Source of the DNA: Patescibacteria group bacterium
GTDB taxonomy: Bacteria; Patescibacteriota; Minisyncoccia; Sungbacterales; HO2-52-23
Direction of reading: 5' to 3'
DNA length: 46,650 nucleotides
Assembly (NCBI GenBank): GCA_038063315.1
Contig: JBBTVI010000006.1
Location: 1 to 46,650 of the forward strand
The notes below the pieces were generated by a model. It was given only the letters and a program-made list of their open reading frames with translations, searched no databases and had not been told where the DNA came from. Below, in pieces: positions 28,412 to 37,200 of this stretch (the first letter of the stretch is position 1; the number at the start of each line of letters is the position of its first letter). Position numbers and translations under genes: made by a program.

Positions 28412-28425
28412 AAAGTATGAATTAT
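28398..28425. repeat. 7-mer array (GAATTAT-type) x4 at the sufD start
   Basis: GAATTAC GAATCAT AAAGTAT GAATTAT. Confidence 0.7.
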
Positions 28426-28433
28426 GGGAGAGA

Positions 28434-28605
28434 TATAGCAATGTTAAAACAAAACGTCCCTTTTTCTTCTGTCATTCCCGCATAGGCGGGAATCCAGGTT
28501 TCTCTTTTTGATAAGGCAGAACCTGGACCCCCGCCTTCGCGGGGGTGACAACTAAAAAGAATCTTTATTCTGTAAAAACAGTCGTTTTGTTTTTACAGGG
28601 CTATA
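28434..28605. mobile_element. MITE-like element with TATAGC termini (IS630/Correia-like ends) enclosing family B hairpin (28471-28549)
   Basis: TATAGCAATGTTAAAACAAAACG / CGTTTTGTTTTTACAGGGCTATA (20/23 match). Confidence 0.7.
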
Positions 28606-28635
28606 ATAATAGAGACCAATCTTATCACTTCTTGT

Positions 28636-28670
28636 CCATAATACATAATTCATATTCCATAATTCATCTG
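28636..28670. repeat. 7-mer array (CATAATT-type) x5 abutting the sufB stop
   Basis: CCATAAT ACATAAT TCATATT CCATAAT TCATCTG. Confidence 0.75.
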
Positions 28671-31208
28671 TCACCCCACCGCCCCATCCATCTGCATCTC
28701 GATTAAGCGATTCATCTCCACCGCGTAATCCACCGGCAGTGTCTTGGTGAGCGCTTCAAAAAAACCGGAGACGATCAAAGACGCAGCCTGCGTCTCGGTC
28801 ATGCCCCGCGAGCGGAGATAAAACAATTCTTTGTCCCCGATTTTTGACACCGTCGCCTCATGCTCCATGCGCGTCTCTTCCTCATCTATTTTCAAGGTCG
28901 GATATGTATCAGACCGCGACTGCGGATCGAGAATCAACGCGTCGCACCGCACTGAGAGCCGCGCGTTTTTTGCACCGCGCACCACGCGCGAAAGACCCCG
29001 ATACGAAGTCCGACCGCCGCCGAAAGAAACCGATTTTGAGACGACGTTAGACCGCGTCTCCGGCGCAACATGGATCATTTTCGCGCCCGCATCCTGCACC
29101 TGGCCCGGGCCCGCAAGCGCGACCGAAAGCGTATCCGCGCGCGCCCCGCGTCCGGCCAGAATAACACTCGGATATTTCATCGTAATCTTACTATTGTGCA
29201 CAAGTATGCCATTCGCAATAAAGTTATGAGATCCGCCAATCTCGATATCATAAACATCTTTTTTGCCAATCGGAGTTATCGAGGCCACCCTCACGAATTT
29301 CAAAAGTGGAGTCCGGCTCCCCATCTTCCTGCCACGAATTTTATCAAGATTTTCTCGCAGATTAAGGCAAAGATAATGGGTGGTATATTCTTTCAACCTC
29401 CCTTTGTATAATTTTCGTTCCTTCACGTATGATGAAATTCTCAACGGTTCCAAACCAACCGAGATCATCAGAAGTTTTAACTCCTCCAGCAAGAGCTTAT
29501 TGCAACTGGCGAATATAATCTGACCATATTGAACATTGCCCACCATCTTCGATTGACGCGTGTAACCGTCTGCATCCAAATACCCTTCAATAAAGGCCAT
29601 TTTTTGATCTTCCGGAAGAGAATAAAGCCACGCAGGAATTTTTTTAGTTCTGGCCGTACCAGCAAAACCCATAGAGATCACGAACTCCGCGAAAACCGAC
29701 GACGGTACCGTTACACAAATTCCTTTTGGCTTCGGCACAACGGCGAAAATATCAATCAATAACCTTTCCAATTTGCTTCGCGCCCGATCCCCCGGGGGGA
29801 CGGCGAAGTAAACCCGATTCGGCCTACCCCCACGCGATCGCTCAAGATAACCATCGCCGAGGTATAATCCGAGAAGCCACATCAGTTCTACCGTCGTATA
29901 TTCAGGAATCTTCGGCCATTGTTTTATTCGTTTCCTTTCGCATATAAAATTTATTCGCCGTGGCGTCCCATCATCGGGCAGTTGATCGGCGATTGCAATC
30001 CAATCGCCCGTCTTTCCTGATTGCAAGTTACGCAATGGCTGCCATGAAAGATACTGTAAGCCCGATTGGTAAAAATGCTTCAAAACAAGAAAGGGGTGAT
30101 TATCCGTCGCCTCAATTTCCCGGTGATTTGTCGTGACAAGTTTGAATGCCTCTCTTTGACCCTGGTACAATACCGCATCCACTTTTTGCTTAATTAAACA
30201 CATATTTTCCAAATCAGAAGAATAAATCGAATCGCCCGGCTTCAATTCTTTTATGCTGATAGGGCCCCTAGGGTTTACAAAAATCTTTGCGTTTTCGGTG
30301 AGACATCCCAAATTACAGTCAACCCATTCCACAAACGCTTCCTCCTCGGCGCGCGCGCGTTTCGTCACCAGATTATAGACATTGCGCGACCAATTCTGCA
30401 CCGTGGTGTACCGCACGCGCGCATGTGCCTTGACAATAATCTCGACGACCGCCGCGTGGAGCGAGTCCGTCGTATAGACCGGCGCGGTGCATCCTTCAAG
30501 ATAATGCACGCTCGCCCCCTCATCCGCGATGATCAGTGTCCGCTCAAACTGCCCGAAGTTGGCCGAGTTTATGCGAAAATAGGCCTGAAGGGGCATATCG
30601 ACGACAACGCCCGGCGGTATATAAATGAAGGAGCCGCCGGACCACACTGCGGAGTTGAGCGCGGCAAATTTGTTATCCCCGACGGGAATAATGGTCCCAA
30701 AATACTGGCGCACAAGATCCGGATACTCCCGTACCGCCGTATCCATATCGCAGAAAATTACGCCCTTCTCCGCCAGATGCTCGCGGAGCGCGTGATAGAT
30801 CACGTCCGAATCGTACTGGGCCGCGGCTCCGGCAAAAAACCTCCGCTCGGCTTCCGGAACGCCGAGACGCTCAAAAGTGTTTTTGATATCCTCCGGTACC
30901 TCGTCCCACGATCGCGCGGTCCTGTCCCACGGCCGCGCGTAATAAGTGATTTTTTCAAAATCAATTCTGGACAGATCAGCGCCCCATTCGGGCATTCGCT
31001 TTGCATAAAATACTTTCAACGCATCATGCCGAAACCGCCGCATCCACTCAGGCTCTTTCTTAATCGCCGACATTTCATCAATCAGTTCGGGCGACAACCC
31101 CTGTCTTGCCCGATATTCGGGACGGCGTTTATCATAAAACCCGTACGGATACGCACCCGCGAAATCCGCTGCATTGGCCGAAATCTGAAATGCGCCGTTG
31201 TCCCTCAT
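28671..31208 (-). CDS. sufB: Fe-S assembly scaffold SufB (~474-aa extein) containing an intein
   Basis: FAALNSAVWSGGSF, GQFERTLII, YLEGCTAP, YNLVTKRA, EHEATVSKI. Confidence 0.97.
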   Translation of the reverse strand: MRDNGAFQISANAADFAGAYPYGFYDKRRPEYRARQGLSPELIDEMSAIKKEPEWMRRFRHDALKVFYAKRMPEWGADLSRIDFEKITYYARPWDRTARSWDEVPEDIKNTFERLGVPEAERRFFAGAAAQYDSDVIYHALREHLAEKGVIFCDMDTAVREYPDLVRQYFGTIIPVGDNKFAALNSAVWSGGSFIYIPPGVVVDMPLQAYFRINSANFGQFERTLIIADEGASVHYLEGCTAPVYTTDSLHAAVVEIIVKAHARVRYTTVQNWSRNVYNLVTKRARAEEEAFVEWVDCNLGCLTENAKIFVNPRGPISIKELKPGDSIYSSDLENMCLIKQKVDAVLYQGQREAFKLVTTNHREIEATDNHPFLVLKHFYQSGLQYLSWQPLRNLQSGKTGDWIAIADQLPDDGTPRRINFICERKRIKQWPKIPEYTTVELMWLLGLYLGDGYLERSRGGRPNRVYFAVPPGDRARSKLERLLIDIFAVVPKPKGICVTVPSSVFAEFVISMGFAGTARTKKIPAWLYSLPEDQKMAFIEGYLDADGYTRQSKMVGNVQYGQIIFASCNKLLLEELKLLMISVGLEPLRISSYVKERKLYKGRLKEYTTHYLCLNLRENLDKIRGRKMGSRTPLLKFVRVASITPIGKKDVYDIEIGGSHNFIANGILVHNSKITMKYPSVILAGRGARADTLSVALAGPGQVQDAGAKMIHVAPETRSNVVSKSVSFGGGRTSYRGLSRVVRGAKNARLSVRCDALILDPQSRSDTYPTLKIDEEETRMEHEATVSKIGDKELFYLRSRGMTETQAASLIVSGFFEALTKTLPVDYAVEMNRLIEMQMDGAVG
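29193..30305 (-). mobile_element. Intein (371 aa) with LAGLIDADG homing endonuclease
   Basis: NLG|CLTENAK...ATDNHPFL...WLLGLYLGDG...AFIEGYLDADG...VYDIEIGGSHNFIANGILVHN|SKITMK; visibly more AT-rich than the exteins. Confidence 0.95.
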
Positions 31209-31226
31209 AATGCGTTCAGTATATAC

Positions 31227-31235
31227 TTATCCACA
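31227..31235 (+). promoter_or_regulatory. Perfect DnaA box in the divergent sufB/pilin promoter region
   Basis: TTATCCACA. Confidence 0.4.
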
Positions 31236-31319
31236 GAAATTGTCTTGACAAAGCAGTCCGCCATACTCCACGAAGCCGCAAGAGGTTGTGTGTTTCGATA
31301 TTCAAAGTATCATAGAGTC

Positions 31320-31823
31320 ATGACTACCCCTCACATTGTGCGTATGCGCCGCGGCTTTACGCTCATTGAACTCCTTGTCGTTATCGCCATTATCGGCATT
31401 CTCGCCTCCATTGTTTTCTCATCCATCAACCAGGCGCGCCGAAAATCCCGCGATGCGCGCCGCCTCGCCGACCTTAAACAAATTCAACAGGCGCTTGAAT
31501 TATATTTCGACGATTTCCGACAATATCCCGCCGACATCATCATCCCGACGTTATCGCCGACATATATGACGACGGTTCCCGACGATCCCCTCGGCAACTC
31601 CTATGATTATTCCCTGTGTCCGGATCTCAGACACTATAATTTAGGGGCGGAACTTGAGGATTGCGGCCATGCGGCGCTCCGCAACGATCTAAATGGACCG
31701 CCGGACAATTGCGCGGGTGTCGCGTGGGGAGCCGACGGGTCCTGCCCCACCACTTACGCGATCTGCGATACGGGTGTGGCCATGGAAGGCCAGGGCGGGT
31801 TTTGTTTTAACGTCGCCCCATAG
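31320..31823 (+). CDS. Type IV pilin / GspG-like prepilin
   Basis: RRG|FTLIELLVVIAIIGILASIV...RDARRLADLKQIQQALELY; Cys-rich C-terminus. Start ATG 31320 or 31344. Confidence 0.92.
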   Translation: MTTPHIVRMRRGFTLIELLVVIAIIGILASIVFSSINQARRKSRDARRLADLKQIQQALELYFDDFRQYPADIIIPTLSPTYMTTVPDDPLGNSYDYSLCPDLRHYNLGAELEDCGHAALRNDLNGPPDNCAGVAWGADGSCPTTYAICDTGVAMEGQGGFCFNVAP

Positions 31824-31968
31824 GGATTCGTTTTTCGTTTCTTGACGTTCCTGCCGCCGCGAACTCAAATGTCGCCGGATATGGAAATCCGGCGGCCGTC
31901 TGCAAAAAACAGTAAAGGCGCGACCCCCCCCCCTCCCGCGTCTGGCCTACAGGCAAAATTTGTCGGAT

Positions 31969-32003
31969 CAGCGCGGGATTAAATCTAAGATTTAACTCCG
32001 CTG
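31969..32003. terminator. Stem-loop between the convergent pilin and cassette ORF
   Basis: CAGCG..GGATTAAATCT-A-AGATTTAACTCCGCTG, directly adjacent to the stop at 32004. Confidence 0.45.
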
Positions 32004-34008
32004 CTATCTGCTACGAATGAGAGATGGCTTGAAGCGGATTTCGGCCGTGCCCTCGCCGCCGTTTATATATGCCCAAATGTCTAGGTTCCCACCGCTAGTT
32101 AACTTAAAACAACTCCACAACTCATCGAAGGTAAAAGGTAACTCGGCTGTCCCAGTAAGCCAGTCGTCAAATAAAACGAAATTTTCGATATTCATGAAAT
32201 CCATCCGGCTAAGAATGATCGCCGTTTTGAGATGCACAATACTTCCCTCTTTGGAAGTCAAGTCAAGACGCGCTGGAAGCTCATAGAGCGGCGGAGTCGA
32301 AGAACCGATGTAACCACTGACAACATCTCTACGATTTATATACGAGGTAAACTGTCCTGCCGCCGAACGCGCCGACCACGCCGCCACAGATCCATCAATT
32401 TCAATCAAGCCATAGCCATAGTTAACGTACGGACACCTCCCAAACCCACCTACGTTAACATAACCATTTGGAGATGAACGCGGAAGAGATGCGTCATCTT
32501 TTTGAGCTATAAAAAAGGGTATCCCAATGTCGAGCATCGTCTGCCCTGGAAGGAGAGATTGAAGAAGCTGATGATGATCAAAGATAAGATCGATATCTGC
32601 ATTGAGTATGGCCTCACCGTAACCCGGAGTACTCCATCCATTTACCAAAAGATCTCCATCTGCCTCAGATTTACCATAAAATTTCAATTCTTCCTGTTCC
32701 GATAAATATGCCGCCTTGGCAATGCTTCTGACTATTGGAGCACCACCGTCCTTCGCCTGACCCGAAAGATCAGGCATGGCCAATTTTTCAATCGGCATCA
32801 GAGGTAGTAGTGTTATTTCAGTATAGCCTGCTACTTCATTGATACCGCCAAGTCCAAGGACCGCCCCATACGCCTTTATAGTCACCTCCGCCTGACACGA
32901 AAACGGCACTCCGGTCTCCGTAGCGCACACGCGCAGGGAGATCGCATCTGCTTTGCTGAAATCCAGGTTCACTACGTTGATGACGAGCTGTTTGCCTGCT
33001 TGATCGCCGAGACCAATCACAGGTTTGCTGTTGCTGAAATAGCGCTCGGGAGGGATTGTCTTCGGATCGGGATAGGCACCTCCTTGGCTCTTGATAACGA
33101 CGTTGCCCAGAAACGTTTTGCCGTCTGCGCTGATTTGGATGTCTCTTCCTACAAGGTTTGAATCAATGTTAACGACGTACGATCTGCCCGCGAGCGGCAA
33201 CACGTTTTCATTATCCACGAGTTTGAGCATTGGCGCGGCCTTGGTGAGCGCCTGCGGCTCCACCGTAAAATCAATCGGCAGCGTGCTCACCTCGTCCATC
33301 AACGAGTCGCTCCGCGCCACGTTGTAGATGTAGTTGAAGTCGAGGACTTCGTGCGCAAGATATGCGGACGGCGTACCTGGAGAGTCACGTTTCGTTGCAA
33401 GAAAATTGTCCAGCGCAGAAAATTCATTACCCCCTGCGAGCATAGAGGGAACGCTGGAGTTCCAGAGGAATTTTATAGTATCGGGGGTACTGTAGTAGAT
33501 GAGTTCAATACGGCCAGTTGAAAAGAGTGTGGCGCTCATAGTGTTGGCACCGGTGGTTGAGTATTCCGGCGTACCTTGCCAGTTGAGGATGATCTTATCC
33601 TTGAATTGCATCGTTGTCACCAGTCCGCCGTTCTGTGGACAAAGGTCGTCAAAGAGCAACGCGATCTGCGGCTGTTCGTTGAGCTCCGACGCACTCTCTC
33701 CTGCCGCACCGTCACCTGTATTGAATGTTAAACGTCCATTGGAGCTCACAAAGAGACGTGTGCGGGTGACGCCGTAGAACGGGAACGTGAAGCCGTTGGT
33801 GAAAACCACGTCTTGAAAATTGTCGTCTCCGAGGGTGAGAGTGATCGTGACTGGATTGAATTCATCCGTATCGCTCGGACCAGTGCACCCCGGGTCTGCG
33901 GGATAATCAATGAGCCCGTCACTGTCATTGTCGAGGGTGTCGGAGCATTGGGGGGATGCGGCACTATCCGTTACCGTGATTGAGACGTCCTCCGAGGCCG
34001 TGAGGGCG
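32004..34008 (-). pseudogene. 5'-truncated, internally deleted paralog (orphan cassette) of the giant surface protein, with a different C-terminal region
   Basis: Open frame but no ATG, RBS or signal peptide at the 5' end. Begins mid-domain (ALTASEDVSITVTD) and contains two blocks homologous to distant parts of 34204-44214. Confidence 0.7.
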
Positions 34009-34203
34009 AGGACGGGGAGGGGGGGGATAGCAGATGGATGCAAGAGAGGCGGTAAAGAAAAAGAACGAAAACACAACGGCGGCAACTGTAACGTTGCTCA
34101 AATGCGCTGAAAGGCATTTGTGGTGAGCGGGGTATAGAAAAAGTGAAAATTTGTTTGTAGTCAGGGAATAAATAACGTTTGAAGTTCGAGAGATATGGTT
34201 CAA

Positions 34204-37200
34204 TCACTGCGTCGTCATTTGGGCGCTGAATTCTATGACACCTTCCGCATCCGGTTGACCCATAAGATCCATCGCCACTGTAGCGATATGCATACCAACC
34301 GTAATGGTGCGCATTGTACATGCACATGCCGGGAGAGAAACCGTCCAGCTTTTTGTTCCTCCGTTTTCTAGTCCGGATAGATCTCCTGTCGCTGTCCGGA
34401 ACGCAGATTCGTAAGGCGGCTTGTGCGCTTCAAGATAGCCAGTTCCCGATCTACCTGCGCCATCACTCGTCGAAACGGAATAATCCGAATTCAGCGCAAC
34501 TACTGCTTGATCGAAAACCGAAGTCCCCAACTGCGGAACATATAATCTCGGCACCGACACGGTAAGGCGTATGTTCACCGCGCGCGATCCATCAACGATG
34601 AATTTGGTATTCATGCGCGAATCGCCGTCGGGTCTCCAAATTCCCGTCGTTGAACCCCACGCTCTCCCCGTAACTCTAAAAATGGAAGCAGAGCCAGACG
34701 AAATCCGATTGGCGTCTGAATCGATTGCGTTTACCGGATTGCCGTTAAAACTCTCACTGCCGACTAAGTCATTGCCCTGCGATCGTCGAACCGCAACAGA
34801 CGTATACGCGGACTCGGTAAAAGCACTCCGCGGCGTAGTTGTGCCCGTCGGATCAACGGGCAGTGGGCACTCCGCGTGAGAGATCAATTTTACCGTATAG
34901 TTCTGCACTCCTGAAAAATTCGGGTTCACCGCGCTCACGACAAGGCGCTTCCCCGCCACGTTGCCAAGTTGAATATTGTTGCTGGCTTGGCTGAAGTAAC
35001 GATTTGGAGGTATGGTGTTCGGGTTCGGGTATGGGTCGCCTTGATTCATCACCACAACGTGGCCGAGCGCTCCGCCGGATGACTCCACGTCAACATCTTT
35101 TCCGGCGCACTCCGACGGATCCACGATGAATGACCGGCCTGAAAGCGGCGCCACGGCCTCTCCGCTCATGAGCGTCACCGTGGGGTCATCGTCGTTGAGC
35201 GGCTGCGGCTCCGGAATGGAAAAATCAATCGGCACCGTGCTTATCTCTTCCATGAGAGCATCGCTGCGCGCCACATTGTAATTGTAGACGTAGTCCAACA
35301 GTTCTCCGGCGACCTCCCTCTCGCCCAACGGCTTGCTGCGTTTCGTTGACAAATAAATGTCGAGCGTCTGCAATGCGCCATGCGATCTCCAAAACGGTTT
35401 GTTGTAAATGGGGCGCGTGTGTATGAGCCAGAGTTCTTTTAACAGGTCTCCCTCACTTTGCGCATAGCGCGTCGCAAGCTGCTTAAAAAAAGACATTCGC
35501 TGGTAGGGCGGCTGGATGTCGGCAGCCATGTAGCGCGATTCGATGGGCAAGGTTGTCAGTCGAGCATCCCACACCCTGCCTGCCGGTTCTGTCTTCCAGA
35601 CATTCGCTGAATCAAACACCGCCTCCTCATTCAGTACGGCTGTGGATTCAACCATCCAATAATTCGTATCGTGCCCCCAGCATTCTTCGAAGGTAAATCT
35701 GTCAATCCAGAATGCCTTACATCCCATAAGATCCAGTTGCCCGAGATGAAACAGCTCGTGTGCCGCCACGCTCTGCATAATGGCGGCTGATACCGTAACT
35801 ACGTTTCGGTTCAGACGCAACATCCGGTTCCCTAACGTCCGTAATTCGTTGGTTCGCGCGAGTATCACGATAATTGGTTTTTCCACCGTACCCGGCATCG
35901 GTACATACTGCATGGTGGTGTCACGCGCGGTGAGAAGCGTGTTATAGAATGTAACGAATGCCGTAGATGGAGGTACAGCCGCGTCGTCTCTAAAATAGTA
36001 CATACAGATAATTTCGCCGCACGTTGCCGCACTGAAGGGATTGAGGTCCCCGGTAGAAGTCACATATTTGAGGGCGCCCTGGGGCACGCTCCGCACATGG
36101 ATCGGGATTGCAGGACCCACTTTCGCCTTTACAGAAATATTGTCGTCGCTTGTCCAAGAGAAAATCGATCCCCAGGAAGCTTTGCCTGAATCGTCAGAAG
36201 GATGAATGCCCGGGCCCGTACCCCCTGCGTCCACAGATTCCAACAGGACATTCTCGAGTGTCGTGCCTTGCGGCAAAGCGCAATTATTGGCTATGGGAAT
36301 GGACAATTCGAGAGCGTCGGATGTGGTCGCCGTCGGCAGTATGATGAACGGTGGGATGAGAGAAGTTCCAAGACCGCCTGCAATTTGCGTCTCATATGAT
36401 GCGGGTAGTGTGGCAATCTGTACTGTTTGGTCAGACTGAAACACCCCCGCAGGAATGGTGAGCGTCGCTCCGTTAAGACAACTCCCGGTAGCAGAGACCG
36501 TGATGGTCCCTCCGGTGGCCGCGGAGATGAATTGGGAAGCGAGGAGCGTGGGGGCTTGGACAGTGACAGAAAATTGATGCGTTGACAGTATGTTGTCGGT
36601 CGTCGTTGCATTAAATTTAACGATATATGTTTTACCCGCGTCGGCGCTTAGCGGTGTCCAGCGCACCGTGAGGCCGGCTATGGTCATCCCCGGAGGGCCT
36701 TGGGTGAGTTTCGCCGCAACGGGGATTTTGTTGGAAGAGCTTGCGGTAAATTGAAGAGCGTGCACATACCCAACACCCGGCAGAGCGACCGCGGGCGGGG
36801 CCGTGAACGTCAAACCCGCATAGACAAGCTGCCAGTTTTTCACCCATCCGTCAGGGCCGGAATCAAAATCCACTTTGTAGTATGCCCCATAACCAATTCC
36901 GTCAATATTTTTCCAGAATGGTCCGTCCACAATAGTCCCTTGCACCGATCCGTTAGGTGTCTGATTACCTAAAATCGTACTCAATGGCGCGGCGTATACA
37001 ACAATTGGTCCGACGCTGGTTGGCCCCGTCGCTACTCTGTCCCCTTTGACGTACTGCGGATTATCCTGTTTAACCATGAGCAGGAACTTGGTTTCGTGGC
37101 GCACACCATTTGACGCAGTACCCTCAACCACTATCGGATATATGCCCTCCGAAAGATTTGCGGGAACGGAAAATGCAAGCGCAATACTGCACTTTGTGCC

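Noticed and set aside
1-28605. CRISPR array or integron attC array formed by the palindromic repeats
   Set aside because: Copies are dispersed, variable in length, not regularly spaced and flank housekeeping genes. No cas or intI gene is present.
30423-31319. 466-aa ORF as an N-terminally extended pilin
   Set aside because: The extension is mostly antisense to sufB. The prepilin cleavage motif places the start at 31320 or 31344.
31924-31933. Poly-C tract as a phase-variation switch
   Set aside because: It lies between convergent 3' ends, not in a promoter or coding region.
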